64,000 nucleotides of DNA, from positions 106,328 to 170,327 of the forward strand of contig DF237105.1 of NCBI GenBank assembly GCA_000708835.1, read 5' to 3'. Positions 48,392 through 62,400 of the stretch are shown here, one piece after another; position 1 is the stretch's first letter; each line of letters opens with the position of its first letter. The notes below the pieces were generated by a model. It searched no databases, had not been told where the DNA came from, and worked only from the letters and a program-made list of their open reading frames with translations. Source of the DNA: Klebsormidium nitens. Lineage: Eukaryota; Plantae; Klebsormidiophyceae. A program made the position numbers and the translations under genes.

Positions 48392-51300
48392 ATGGTCAAC
48401 CACTTCATTGATAATCTTTTTCCCCATCTTTCTCCCACGAGACGAGCAGTTGCACGGACCACCAATGGGCAGGGCAGTCCCCTAGGAGGCGGCAGAATTG
48501 TGTGTCGTAGATGTAAGAGGAAGTTTGTGTCTTTTCAGCAGCTGACCAACCATCAGCGAAAGGAGGGGGGCTGCACTCCTCCAAGGTCTACTGCATCTGG
48601 TACTGCAGTTGCTTCCTCAACTCCTCCACCATCGTCGCCGCTCCGGCAGTTCAATGCTTTTGATGCTCCCCTTGGACACTCTCTGTCCCCCGTTCCAGAT
48701 TCCCTAACTCCTCCACAAAACCATACTTCTAGTCAGGATGCAGCTGGCGCGGGTAACTCTGAAGAAGCTGATACTTCATACCACCATTTAATATCTCCAG
48801 AGCCAAGGACATCTGCAGTAGGACAGCAGGTAGGCGCGCGCTTTGAACAGATTCCTTGCCGCGATGGGCCCAGCACCTTTGCTTCTGAAGATCCAGAAGA
48901 AGAGAAGAGGCAAGAGGTAGTAGCATTCATCAAAAACTGCAATGGGGGCAAAGGGCTCTCACGAAAGGACCAGAACTGGCTACTGAGTTTCGCCGAGGTT
49001 CCTGGGTTGGAGAGCGATAAGGACGTGCAGAAGCATATTGACGCGCTTCCGAAACCAGTGAGCCCCAATTCTGCCACAATCTCCTGTGAGCTTGGCCAGT
49101 GGATCTTCGGATTGTGTGGGCCTGAGAGGGACAAGAAAGTGGATGCCTTCTGATGGTGGCCTCTTTATTGCAATCTATGAATGCAGCCTGTGGAGACTGT
49201 CTCAATGGGCAGCCTCAAACCTCAAGTGTCTACCAGATACCAGTTTGTCGGTTGTACCTTCATCGCTAGGCCCTTTAGCTGGAAGTCCTTCAGCTGTGAG
49301 CTTTGGTGGTACGGGAAGTTTCATTGTCCATCTATGAGCAAGCAGTGTAAACTTATGCATTCCGTCGGTATTCAGTGTCAAGGGTCATGTCTTTCCCCTT
49401 ATCGTCTTTCATTTTAAGTTCAGGAGCTTTTGGTTTTAGCATGAGGATCTGGTAGCTGATAGATCGTGGTTTGTTTGCTACGCAGGAAGGCTGGTCCAGG
49501 ATCAACCTTGCGGACCCCACGGATGGACAAGACCTCTTCCTCGACTATTGTGATGCATATACTGCTGTTTTGGATCTGTGGAGGGATCCCATACACGCTG
49601 GAAAGCTGATCTTGAAGCCGAGGGTACTGCGCGGCAGAAATGGGGAGCGCCGGTACAAAGAGGCCCATACCAGCGTCTGGTGGAATGAAATGCAGGTAGG
49701 CTTTTTCAGACCTGACCCGCGGCTAAGTGGTTTTGCTTCTTTTGAAGTTCTGGTTATGTTTGCAGTTCCTCAAGATCCAACTTTGAGCAGCAAGTTATGA
49801 GAGAGCTTCTGCAGCGATGTATCCAAGTGGGCAGCCGTCAACGTTCCTCCAGGGACAAAAGCGAAGTTGAGATGAGTGTGGACACTATTCTTGAAGCATT
49901 CAGGACTGTGGTTGTTCACATAAGTGTGTCTGCATTTGCAGAAGTTGATTCCCGCTTCGGACACAGTGCTGGCGCTGATCCTTTACAGCGATGGGACACC
50001 GCTCAGTTTGAGCGGACGACTCAAAGTGCGCCCGGTCATTTTGAGCCTTGCCAACATTCCCAAGGAGCTTAGGGGGAAGCTGTCTGGTTGGGTTCTCGTG
50101 GGCTACATTCCATACGTGGAACCACGTCCAGAGTTTAGTCTCGCGGAGGGCTCGGAGGCGCTCCGCTTACGGCAGCTCCAGATATGGCACGACTCCTATC
50201 GGAAGATTCTGGAGCGCTTGAAACTTTACACTCTGACGTAAGGTTCTGGATCCATAGTTTGTTCAGGTCACCGCACAGTCAAGTTTTCTAGGCTGGTTTA
50301 CTTCCTTGTCTGTCTTGGACCTGGGATCAGTTGGCTTGTAGCTCAACAACTGTTAATACCTGAGAATGTTTTTGTTCTTGTGATCATGTCTACGAGTGAA
50401 GTGAGACCTCTCAAATGGGGAGCACCTTCTCATTGAACTTGTTTCTTGTGCAGGGGCATGGAGGTTGAGGATGCAAACGGAGTAAAGACGACAGTTTGGC
50501 CCATGATATACGCCGTCGTAACTGACTGGCAGGAAGGATGTGTCGCTGCAGGTACAAAGAGCGGCAACAAGACCAATTGTCCTTGTCATACGTGCCTTGT
50601 GTTGGCTTGCGATCTTGACGATCTAGTTGCAGGCAGACGCGCCGAGCTGCGGACAGAGACAAGGATGAAGCAGATCTACGATCAGGTTGTGGAGCTCCAC
50701 AAGAAGGGGGGGTGCACTGCGGTCATTGAGTCCTCAAAGGCTGGTCAGCAAACCCGGTTGAGGTACGTGGAGGTTCTGCTTGTCATCCTTTGCACTCAAG
50801 AGATAGGGTTTTGGGCGTCAAGTAGTATGAATGATAACCTTGTATATTGCGCCGCAATCAGCTCATGCACAATCTGCCTGGCAAAAGCGTCGAAGGCTGC
50901 CAGTGTTACTGCCATCTGCTGATCTCTGCATTGATGCGATTCAGTCTCCTTGAGAAGAATGATGCGGCTGTCCAGGCTGGTCGTGAGCGCTTATCTTCAA
51001 AACACGGGCAAATTCAAATCAGTATTTCTACAGTCCGACCCGCATCAGGGCTTGAATCAAGAGTCTTTTCCTACTACCGATTGGAGTTCGGGAATCTGCA
51101 CAAGTCTGTATGGGTTGGATCATCTGATCTCCGTTTGATCTGAGCACTGCGTTTTGCAGAACGCGCTGTGGGATTGGAAGGGCGGCAACACAAAGTCTGG
51201 GAACGTTTATCGTTCCATACTACCAGAGATCATGCACCAGGTATGCGGCGTCACAACGCAGCCTGTGACTTTGTTTCAAAGTTTCGTTTTGCTACTTTAT

Positions 51301-53842
51301 CCTTCTCCAAACGGCTGCTGAACTGAGGTAACTTTACTGAACTTGAAATTCCAAGCAACACCGGCAAAAGGGTGGTCTTTCCGTCCTTCCCGACGCAGAC
51401 ATCCCGTCCAGATCCTGCTCAGATTTTCAAAAAGCACTACGCTTTGTTCTGGCAGCTAGACCACGGGGTAGTACCCATGCTCTTCGAGCTCGTGGGCAAC
51501 TACGCCAAGGACAAGTTTGGAGCGAAGGAAGGGAATAAGCGCCTGGCTTTAGCGAACAAGCGCTTTCTTTCTTTCCGGAACACACACCCGGGTCTCCGCC
51601 TGCCCAACATCGACTTCCTCGGCGGTTCCTCTTTTGTGACTGCCTTCGAGCATCGGCACAGTCTGTCGGTGGGTGTACGGTCTCAGCAGATCTCTGTTTG
51701 ACCGGTGATTCTACCGTTGGTTGCTGTTAACTCAATTCCGGGTGCCTATACCCGTAAGGTACTGCTGATCTGATCTGATTCTAAGCCACTCGAATCAAAG
51801 GGAATGCCCTACGTTGATGTGGACTTGACGGTTATCTGATCAAAGGACGAACGTAGCAACTTGTAGTCCCTGGTTCTCCAATCTCGTTGGTTACAACTCC
51901 GAATATTGAATCGTCCACACAGCCTGCCACGGAGACTTCTCTTTTTCCGCCTCTTTGCAGGTGGCCGTCTATGCAGTCGTGGGCGTCTTTACCCTGCCCA
52001 ATGGGCGTGACGAGATAACTCCTCTTTTTCGAGACTTTGCTGATGTGTACCTTGACTTCGCAGTCAGGCACAAGAGCCGAGGTCACACCGATGCGTCCTT
52101 GGCCAAGGTCGACGCTGATTGGGATAAGGTTCTAGCTAAGATGAAGAGGATTTTGCCATACCAGGCCTCGGGTTGGGGCACCTCAAAGGTACACACGAAC
52201 GCGCATTCGACCGAGTCGGTCAGTCTTAAAGGTCTCCCCGGGGAGTACTCTGCCGATAATTACGAGTCGAGTCACAAGAGGACGGCGAAGAATCCCTTCA
52301 GGGCTTCCAACAAAAACCATATGCAGCTGCAAATGGTAAAGCATGTGACCGACCGACTCGCCCTTCGAAAAGCGGGGAAGGATTACTTCGTTCCAACTCA
52401 AAAGGAGACGGCTCTCCGAAAACGGGTGAGTTGTTTTTCGCAGGCTTGGCCCCTTGCATCCTTTTATTCTTGCAAGTGCTGTCCTTCTCTTTCCTGGTCT
52501 CTGTTCATGTCTGTTTCTCCTTCCTTTGTTGATTTGTCGGGATGTTCTGGAGCGTTTCGACCAACTGAAACTTCTCGAAGTTCATCAAGCGCTCAGTGAG
52601 GGGGCTTTTCACATTGCCAATGGTGTTTGACGCGCTTTGAAGGCTCGACTGCTTCTACAGGACTATCTCTAAAACTATCTGGTTGTTGCGAGTGGGTGTG
52701 TTTCTTCCTCTTGGTCGATCTTGCCTAAACATCTTGACGTTCCTGCCTGCCACAAAGTAGGCTAACTTTGCGTGGATGCAACGCTACAGATGATTTTCTC
52801 CAAAAGATGTTTTTTTTTCATCCTGATTGCAGGCTAGGGACCAGAAGACCAACCTGCTAAGCGTGAAAGGTCGCCCTCTCCGGCTCTTCCGACTGTCCAG
52901 GCAGTCCCTGCGGGATGGCAATCGAGATCCCGCACTTCTCGCACAGCCCGAGCTGGTCCATCTCGAGCGCGTTCTTCGTTCGCACCTCGGGGGAAATCCC
53001 AGAGGTACGCGAGCTTTGCTGGCGAACCTTCCTACCGTCCAAGACGCCAAGGTGAGAGGTGACTGAGATCGACCGATTCAACTCTGTTTTGGGTTTGTGC
53101 TGCTACATCGCAACGTTCTGGTAGTTCTTTGGACTGCGGTCGTTTAGATTCGAAGCTCTTCAAGAAGTGAGCAAGTTGTGGATGCGACGAAGTTGATTGT
53201 GTAATGATGCTCAGTCCTCAAAGCGGAAGCTTTGGTTCGAACGATGAATTCTGCTTAAGTCTTATGTCATTAGATTGCCAAAGGATTGCTTGCTTTCGGT
53301 GCTACAGTCGCCGAAACGTTGAAGCTGTTGTACACTGTTGACGACAATTGTCATTCTGCCGGGTGCGAAGCTCAACGGGTTCGCTTCTCATTATGCAGGT
53401 TATACGACACATGACGCTTGCGATTGCAAGAGCGCGCCAGCCTGACGGCAGTTTGAAGACGGAGTTGGCTCGGGCGAACCCATGCTTCGGGCAGAACAAG
53501 CGGCCCGTTTTCAGCAGCGTGGTTGTGGATGGAGTAGGGCCGGAACGACGAGGGCGATTGGAGCGGACCGATTGGTATGCACAGCTTCGTTTGTTGTTTT
53601 CCTGTGTTGATCACCGAGGTCGGAAGCGCGCCTATGCGTTCGTGAAGTGGTATCAGAAAACGGGCCCACAAGACGGAACGAGGAGCGTTCGTTTGAAATG
53701 GGAAATGGTAAACGGGCCCAACGGGGTTGAGCAGGTTCGGTATGACGTCATAGGTCTTCAGACAATAAAACGGCTCGAGCACATTCTCCCAGATCCAAAT
53801 AACGAAGGTATGTTTTATGTCAATGAAACGCGTCTGGTCTAG
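48392..53842 (+). CDS. Plavaka-family DDE transposase, spliced, apparently intact
   Basis: Exons 48392-49057 (CxxC..H..C zinc finger), 49486-49695 (ERRYKEAHTSVWWNEMQ), 49942-50237 (LILYSDGT..PVILSLANIPKELR..LVGYIP), 50454-~50760 (AVVTDWQEGC..CPCHTC), 51160-51240 (NALW..PEIMHQ), ~51459-51669 (LDHG), ~51961-52425 (KVHTNAH..YSADNYESSHK), ~52833-53050, ~53399-53842 (YAQLRLLF..YAFVKWY..HILPD). The junction at 50760-51160 was not resolved. Confidence 0.85.
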
Positions 53843-55393
53843 GGCCGCGCATGCGGCGCAAGGTTGCTAAGACCGTCAACAAAGTAAGCGTAGTTTAGTA
53901 ACAATTATTCCATTAATCTGACTCAAGAGCGCTTGATTGGATCAGACAGAATTGTACATTACGACTAACATATGTTATTGAAGTTTGAGTTGTCAGTTCC
54001 AATACCGACACTTGTTTCGGGGCTTCTCGACATTGTCGCATTTAACAATTTTCTTTGTCTGTCACTCTTCGAGCTAGTGCAACCAGTTGCATGGCAAAGG
54101 CGCGCCAGGTAGGCACGCTATGGAGAAGCTCTTTAGAGCCAGCACATCATATATGCACACGATCAATTGCGGCGCTCGATCAAGTTGCACATGCATGAAG
54201 CATGGTGCAACTTCAAGCATGCGATGCAGCCGGCCCGGCCACATATGAGCCCCCATTAACTTGTGGAACGGAACCACTGCGGGGCCCGGGCCGGGGAGCT
54301 GAGGTTATCCATTGAATGTCGACGTGACAGCCCGGCCTTTTGCACTACCGTATATCATGCATATGCTCGAATATGCAATGAGCTCAATGGCACACATATA
54401 TACTTAAAACGGCAGGTTCCATCGTGACCGACCATGTCTTATATATCTCGATATGCTTGTGCGCGGCAGGCTTTCAATTGATAACGCTCAATCTCATGCA
54501 AAGTTTTCAACTCGGAGGCGAGTCGAAGTTCGTCTGCATCGCGCGTGCATTATGTCTTGTTACTCATGAGCGCACGAAGCGTTTCTATTATTAATGGAAA
54601 CGCATATGGCCTCGAACCGTTGCAGTCAAATGTGATTAGTACAGTAACAGTTACAGAAATTACAATTTCGCTTACCGCTGCACGTGATTGAGTCAAATGT
54701 GATCATGAACAGAAGTCAGACGATCATTACCGTTGAATGACAAAGCCCTCGTCGACTAAGCAGCGCCGCGGCGCAATCTTTCGTTCTTTGACTGCAGCAA
54801 TCAGTGCAATGGACAATCGGATCATTGTACGTTGGCGGCATGCCAGGACAACTGGCCGGACATATTGTTGAGTGGCTCATGTTGAGTGCGCAGTATAAAA
54901 GCTAGACGATGTTGTATTTTGGCAAATCTTCTATATGGTTGTATAATGAGGGAACAATTGAAGCCCGGCCCGCATGCCAGGACCATCGTCACATCATCGA
55001 TGTAGGCTAATGACTTGAGTCCCCACGATCGCTGGTTGCCGCATCCGATCAGGCTCGATTTGTCATGAGGAGGCCTGGCAGATCATAGTGCCCATAGTCC
55101 GAGTCGACATGCAGCATTGCTTACGATCGTTAAGTTGTTCGCCAGTGCATAAAGTCCAAGTCGATCAGCCGGGCACTTGCGTTCATCTGCGCGGGCGCTG
55201 CCGGCACTCCTCATTGCATACGATTACGACCATTTGATCGAAGGGCACATGCAACTGATCCCGTCTATACCACATCGCAGCTTTGATGTGCGGGCGGCGA
55301 GCCGCTGTGCAAGATTCCGGTGGGCTGTCAATCGACCGACGCCTGCAGTACATGTTCAATGTAAAACTTTTCAATAGATCTACCTCTTGTCTT

Positions 55394-56308
55394 TCAATCC
55401 TTACATTGATATATTTGCCACAATGTTTCAAAGGCTTGGAGCACCTGATCACAAGTCGGTCTATTCGAAGGGACTTTTTCAGAGAGCGAAGCTATTAGAA
55501 GAAGCACCTTACTCCAGTCCGTTGATTCCGACAACTCTTTTCTGACTGAAGCCCGATCGAGCCCTAGTAGATCCTCCAACAGGAGACCTACGGCATACAT
55601 GTCGCTTGCTTTTGAAAAGCAGCTCCCTAAGATCAGCTCTCGAGCAACGTACCTATACCTTTTAGCGTACTGCTCTTCCTCTTTGACGGACTTGAAGCTC
55701 CGATGACTCTTACAGTCAACAAGCCTACTCGCCAAACCAAAGTCGTGCACAGCCAGCTTCATAGTCAATTCACGTTCGTTGAAGTGGACGAGAATATTGT
55801 TGGGAGTCAGGTCGTTATGTACAATACCTTTACTATGAACGTGCTGGATTGCCCTTAAGAGATCCAAGCACGCCCCCACAAGAACCTTGGCCTTCCGCAT
55901 AATCTTAGCGAGGGGCTTCTCCAAGCTGCGGTCATCCCGTTTTTGAAGGACAGAACCTAAAGATCCCTGATTGAAGTAAGGGAAGAAAGCCAGTGGTAAA
56001 CCAGAGCCGCCGATGCACACAGCGAAGGGCTTCACGACGTTGTCGTGCGAGAAGGCCGATGCTAGAATGACCTCGTACGAAAGGTTTTGGACTGTGTACA
56101 CAGTACTGTGATGATAAGTCAGGCCTCTGCCGCGATACTCTTTTACAGCAACCCTGGTCCCAACACGATCAGGAAAGACACTAGCCCAAGAAGACCCCCC
56201 TTCAATCAACACTTCGTACACTGTTCCATACGACCCACTTCCCACAGCGTCAGCCGCGTCTGGCATTTGCAGCATCTCTCGCTCCTCTACCGTCAGCATC
56301 CGCAGAGA
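55394..56308 (-). CDS. Ser/Thr/Tyr-type protein kinase domain exon, non-RD (HND)
   Basis: GSGSYGTVY, VAVK, alphaC Glu (YEV), HNDLTPNNIL, HDFG, ARE, SDMYAVG, RPT; 305 uninterrupted codons after a CTGCAG acceptor. Confidence 0.92.
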   Translation of the reverse strand, partial: SLRMLTVEEREMLQMPDAADAVGSGSYGTVYEVLIEGGSSWASVFPDRVGTRVAVKEYRGRGLTYHHSTVYTVQNLSYEVILASAFSHDNVVKPFAVCIGGSGLPLAFFPYFNQGSLGSVLQKRDDRSLEKPLAKIMRKAKVLVGACLDLLRAIQHVHSKGIVHNDLTPNNILVHFNERELTMKLAVHDFGLASRLVDCKSHRSFKSVKEEEQYAKRYRYVARELILGSCFSKASDMYAVGLLLEDLLGLDRASVRKELSESTDWSKVLLLIASLSEKVPSNRPTCDQVLQAFETLWQIYQCKD

Positions 56309-56473
56309 CTGCAGCACAACAACATGGTCAACCAAGAGTATATGAGCGACACTTCTGCAATCTCAACTGAGAAATCTTTGACTGAGCAGAACCGCAACGT
56401 GCTCATTGTGCGCTCGTACTGGATTCTCAGTGGACAACTTTTAGATGCCCAAGTGGAAGCAGTGAGCTTTTAC

Positions 56474-57930
56474 ATCCAAGATGTGCCACTGATCACAGCC
56501 AGAAGGGCCTCGGTGCATGACGTGGCAAACTTGGGTGATTGCTAAAGCAACCGACCACCAGATGCCGGACTGATCCTTGAAACTAGAAAGGTAGAAAATG
56601 TGGACAGAACTTGCTTGTAAACATATCCAGACGCGAATTTTCTGAACAGTAAAACCACACCAAACAAGCTGCCCAATAAATTGATGTGAACTCTGCGCAG
56701 CCAGGCGAGCCTGATGCAGCATCCTGCTTTGTACGTCTGCGCTTTCCGGACAAAAAACTCTTCAAACAGGTGTGACTTCATACAACACATACCTTGTCCC
56801 CTATGGGTGACTCATACTCCAGCGATCCTGCGGCGCCATTGACCCCTCCCTCGATGCCCGAGGCAGCTTGACAGCTCGAAGTGCTGGCAACTGCGCTATT
56901 AGGGCCTCCACTGCCGCTCTTCACCACCTTCCCCACGTTCTCCTCTTTTGGTGCCCCCACCATATGCTTCTCTCCCCTACGTGCGCCAGCACTCCCGTGC
57001 TCTCCTAAACTGCCGGCATCCGGCCTCGCGAACGCCGCTTCTGCCTGCCCTGACTCTAGTGTCTCCGGGCCTGACCTTTGTATGGCAGCGTCAAGGCCAG
57101 CGCTCTCATCCTCTCTTTGCCCCTCCTCGGCAGCCCCACCTGCGTTTTGCTCCAGCCCTGGGCGGCAGTCCCTGCAGAGAACAAAGACATGTCTTCTATC
57201 GGCAGCAAGAACACTGCGCTTCTGCAGTGGACAATAGGCGCGCCAAGTATGCAACCCAATTGAGTTCACACCTGTTGGGTTTGCTGGCTTGGTAAACAAG
57301 CTCCCGTCCAATCAATGATCTTAATGTCACTTGCTCCAGATCAGAGTGGTTTGTTGACAGTGTTACACAGGTTTTGAGACGGGAGCTTTGGACTAGAGTC
57401 TATTTTACCAAGAGAAGCAGGCTACTGAAACTTGTCTGACATCTTTGAAAGCTACCCTTGAATGAGCAACGTGAGATTCAGCTTTTCCTTAGCTAAAAAT
57501 GCCTGGCATGCCCAGAAACCCTTTGCGAAACTGTGCAGTCATAAGAAGCAAAACTTGCCTGCTGCCCGGACCACCCCCGCGCTGCAAGGCCACCACGGCG
57601 CTGACTCGTACAACCGGCTTCTTTGCAACATTCCCTCGCTTGACCTTCTTGAAAATGCCTTCAATCTGTTTTAATCGATACTGCGGTTCAAATCGAAGGA
57701 ATGCAGAGTCCCAAAGCTTTCGCTCTGATTGGTAATATCTCATGAACAGCGCCCGCCACTTGCCCAACAAGTCCTTCTCTTTCGACAGCGCCGCATGAAG
57801 GTAGACATGAAGAGGCTCAACTAATGATGACGGCGCGTTTACCCTGACGAGCTCGCAGGGCACATCTCTGGAATGTACATTCTGCAGAGATGGGTACAAC
57901 GGCTCCTCAAATTCCCAGGTGCTCGTCATC
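56474..57930 (-). CDS. Probable upstream exons of the kinase gene
   Basis: AG/GT-flanked open segments FKDQSGIWWSVALAITQVCHVMHRG..HILD (56474-56582, phase 0 into the kinase exon), a low-complexity segment ending PIGDK|GTATGT (~56790-57180), and MTSTWEFEEPLYP..LLGKWRALFMRYY (~57530-57930). Some phases unresolved. Confidence 0.5.
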
Positions 57931-58861
57931 TCTGCCTTGCAGATAAGGCGGACGCCTACGCCCAACCCGCTGCTCTCCATTCGCAGCGCCCAGGCACAGA
58001 GCAAAATGCTGTCAACAAAACCTGCTCCTTCGTGCCGCGTGACCTGCACGAGTCACTCCAGTAACTGCAATCTGGTCACCCTGGACTTAGCCAAAAAACG
58101 ATGCTCCTTTCTATATAAACCGTGGTTGTGAAGCCCTGAGTAGCTACTGAGCCTCTCAAGAGGCTAGAATCTGGATTCAGGAACATCCGATCAGCACCAT
58201 TAGTGAGTGTCCTGATGAGCTACATCACATAAACAATTACCACCCAGAAGTGCTGAAAGATACAAAGCGGAAAGCCAATAGTCCACCTTTCTGTCACTAT
58301 TCAAGGTCTTGCAGAAAGTTCCAACTTGAATCTTGCTGCGCAACCCAACTCAGCAAGCCGCTCCCAAGGGTGCAAGCCATTACCAAATTGACGCCATGAC
58401 GGCTTCGCTTGCTGTATCAGAGGATGTATCTTTCCACCTAGCAGGATGAACCAGATTGAGTTGGTCATCTTTGGCTAGCCGCTAAGGCCCAAAGTTCACG
58501 AGGAGGACCCGGTCCTCGGAGCCTTCCGATCTGTGTACCTGTGATGGACGGTTCACATCAGCAGAATTCAAATGGCGGGAACGATTGATCGGACGGCAGT
58601 GACAGTAAGCTCTCCCCTCATCGACGATTTGTGTTGTGTATCCTTGACGGATGCAGCCGATATTATTGCCCTCCGATCGCACAGATTGGACATCGACGAC
58701 CGCTGTTTACCCCGCAACTACATATGCAGATTCAAATTTCGTTCTGCCTGCAATGATCTAGGTACTAGATTCGAGAAGCCAAACCGGGCACTGTGGCACA
58801 GCACAAGCTGACTTTCTCGTTGAGTCTATTCTCTAATTCTCACCAAGGCGCCTTAGGCGCC

Positions 58862-59426
58862 NNNNNNNNNNNNNNNNNNNNNNNNNNNNNNNNNNNNNNN
58901 NNNNNNNNNNNNNNNNNNNNNNNNNNNNNNNNNNNNNNNNNNNNNNNNNNNNNNNNNNNNNNNNNNNNNNNNNNNNNNNNNNNNNNNNNNNNNNNNNNNN
59001 NNNNNNNNNNNNNNNNNNNNNNNNNNNNNNNNNNNNNNNNNNNNNNNNNNNNNNNNNNNNNNNNNNNNNNNNNNNNNNNNNNNNNNNNNNNNNNNNNNNN
59101 NNNNNNNNNNNNNNNNNNNNNNNNNNNNNNNNNNNNNNNNNNNNNNNNNNNNNNNNNNNNNNNNNNNNNNNNNNNNNNNNNNNNNNNNNNNNNNNNNNNN
59201 NNNNNNNNNNNNNNNNNNNNNNNNNNNNNNNNNNNNNNNNNNNNNNNNNNNNNNNNNNNNNNNNNNNNNNNNNNNNNNNNNNNNNNNNNNNNNNNNNNNN
59301 NNNNNNNNNNNNNNNNNNNNNNNNNNNNNNNNNNNNNNNNNNNNNNNNNNNNNNNNNNNNNNNNNNNNNNNNNNNNNNNNNNNNNNNNNNNNNNNNNNNN
59401 NNNNNNNNNNNNNNNNNNNNNNNNNN
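58862..59426. other. Assembly gap (N run) within the putative transposon
   Basis: N bases. Confidence 1.
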
Positions 59427-62400
59427 CGGAAGAGGCCCGCCTTGCACACATGCTGGGGGATGACGCTGGAGAATTTGCGACGTTGGTCACTGCCTTGACC
59501 AAGAATCCAGCCGCTCTCGCTAAAGCAAAGGCAGCCATAGCTACTGCAGCGGGTCAGTCTGAGGGCAATGCCAATGGCAAAAGGAACAGGCCACAAATGA
59601 CGTCACTGTTCCAAGACAACGAGAGCGATGAGGAGTCGGGGGAGGATGATGATGCTGGCGGCGCTGAGGCAGCCGACAAAGAGCCTTCAGATGAGCTGTC
59701 TGGTTCCGAGTACAATGAGGGTGAGGATGATGGTGAGGAAGAAACCGACGGCGAGGGCGATGATGACCTGGAGGAGGAGGACATTGCCAAAGAGCTGGGT
59801 TCTGAAGAGGCGCAGAACGGTCCTGAAAGGAGTAAGGCAACTCTCACATGTAACTTTGAGACGTAATGTTTAATCATTAGATTTTTCCATAAGTCTGAGC
59901 AGAATCTGCACTGATGGTTGTCTTTATTTCTTGAGAGCAGCAAATAATCAGCCATGCGATCAAAAGCATCCGCCATCTCAGTGGGAATATTGACAGCAGA
60001 CAGGACAAAGGCAGTGACTGGTCTTTGATGCATGAAATTCCTGCACCAGCTTGGTGTCAGCTGCCATGGGTTCAGATTCGCAATGCATTCCAGAATTGAA
60101 GAGGTTTTTGAAGACTAGCATTCTGAACATCCTGACTTCTGCAGATACATCTCCGAGTTTACAACCTCTTGTCAGCGCAGCCCAAGCTTAACAAAATTTG
60201 AAGCATCTTTCTGTATCACATGACAGCAGCTTACGTCAAGCCCCTGTTCTAATCTGCAAGGTGGTGAGGCTGATGGCGGCGATGCTGAAGAAGACACCGG
60301 GCTCGCTGACTTGTTGGCAGCGATTCCAAGGAAAGAAGAAACCCGCAAAAAGAGGAAGAAGTCTGGAAACAGTGGGGCGATCGTCCCCGTAACCACAAAG
60401 AAGGGTGAGTATCAATGAAGTGTGAATCTGAATTCTTGTACCGAAGAAAAGAACGGTCAGGCCTGGACGTGGTACTGAGTCAACTCAATTAATGCAACTT
60501 GCAATGTCTTGTGCTATGACATTGCCTCGATCTACTGAAACATACATCTGCTCCTCAACTGCTTATCTGAAGCGAAAGATAGCCACCTACAGTGTGACAA
60601 ATAGGCAGGTTGGATTTTCCTGCTAAAGTTGCCCACTCATCTAGAGATGTGCAGGCAGGGTCCTGAGATCTCAGATGCTTTACGAATGATAAGGTCCAGC
60701 TCTTTGATTCGAGTGTCTTTCTTTCTTTCAGGTGAAAAGTCTCAAGCCAATGGCCGTCGGAGTGCCGCAGGTGGCCTGGTGCTCAATGCGGCTTCCACCG
60801 AAGCTGGTATCGACCTCAACCTTCTGTTGCTGTCACACCTGAAAATGCAGCAGGCCCAAGCTGAGCAACTGGCGCGCAACGACAGGATGGAGAAGTCAAT
60901 GATTCAGCTTCTGAACTGCTTCAAGAAGTCAAGACCAGGGTCGAGCCAGCAAAGTCCTGATCCTACGACGTCTTCTGCGACAGTGACTCAACAGGTAATT
61001 TAGACTTTCTTTTTATCAATGTGGTGTCAGCCATCGTTGACATATATTCCTATCTCTTTTCACCTTGTTGTTTGCGGAGTGCTTTGTAGTTAAACCTGAT
61101 GGAACCAAGACCCCTTAAGGGGAGCGTCTTTTTCCTACAGATCCCAACGGTATGCCTCGCAACAGTGTACCAAAGTTTGAATGCATTATTGGACTACAGT
61201 AGCTCAGATCAGTGTGGTGTCCAGCATCACTAGGGCCAACTCCAGCTTGCAAACACTTCGAACAAAGTAGTACTAAAGGTGAAGGTCTTTAACACATGTT
61301 GCCAGGTCTTGCTTGAAGTCTCCTTACTTGCATTCAGAGCAGCAGAATTGCATAAAGGAGAGGCAGTACTACGAGAAACAAACAGCTTGTCATGGACCTT
61401 CGAATCATCTCCAAGGACTAAGCGAAAGATGCTTTGCAGGGCGGAGTATCCGAGCACCAGCTTGGGCTTCTCGAGAGACTTAAGGCAAACCCCAAGCTCC
61501 TCAATTCTGCAAAGTCCCCAATCAAAGTAAGTAGCCAGAATCCAAGAACAAACTCTGCAATCTCGGCTCACGTCGTGTCTAAGGCCAATCAATGCGCTTA
61601 GCTCCATTCCAGATCTGTGCTGTCTCGATGGTGCTTGTCCTACTATTAAGGGCTCTGGCACCTGATTGCTTCAAATTCTCTTTGAATGTGACCTACGCAA
61701 TGCTTGACCAATGACACCTTGTATTTCATGACGAATCTTGAGCATGATCTGGTATGGCTGCAGATCCATCTTCGTGGATCTTAGCCAGTGAACTCTTTGC
61801 AAAGCCCTTCGTTGTCTCCTGTGCTAAGACTAATTCCTATATTGCAGCTCCTGGTGTCCGGTGCTGTCAACCTGAGCATGCTCACATCCGGAGTTGCTGA
61901 CTCCGAGCTCATGAGAAGCAGCACCAAGCTCGCACTCCGGGTAGGACCTGACCCGGAGCAGGAGGAGCTGTTCGAGGAGCTTTACGAAGACTTTATCCAA
62001 GCTCACCAGATGGACAAGTTCCGCATGAAAAGGGGCCAGGCGGTGTCAACTATCCGTGCAGCAGCCACAAAGTGGTACAACCTGCCGGCGACTGGAACCG
62101 AAGACTGGTCGAAGATCACCACCGAGCTTCTTGCAGGCAAGGGTTTTTCTCACTGTTCCGGAGAGCAGGCAGCCAGACATACGAGCAATAGCTTCTTTCG
62201 CTTTGACGTTCGCTTCTCATCATGTGCGAGCTGCAAATTTCCTTCTTTGCCAGACCTGCTAAGAGAGGAGTAGACGTACTGCATGTACGTCAAGCTTCAA
62301 TTTCCGAACGTAAGCAACAGTTCAAGAGGATCCGTGTTCTCTCTTCTGAGCAACTTCGATCACTTTTGTCAAATGTGTGGAACAGCAACCGGTTTCCTTG

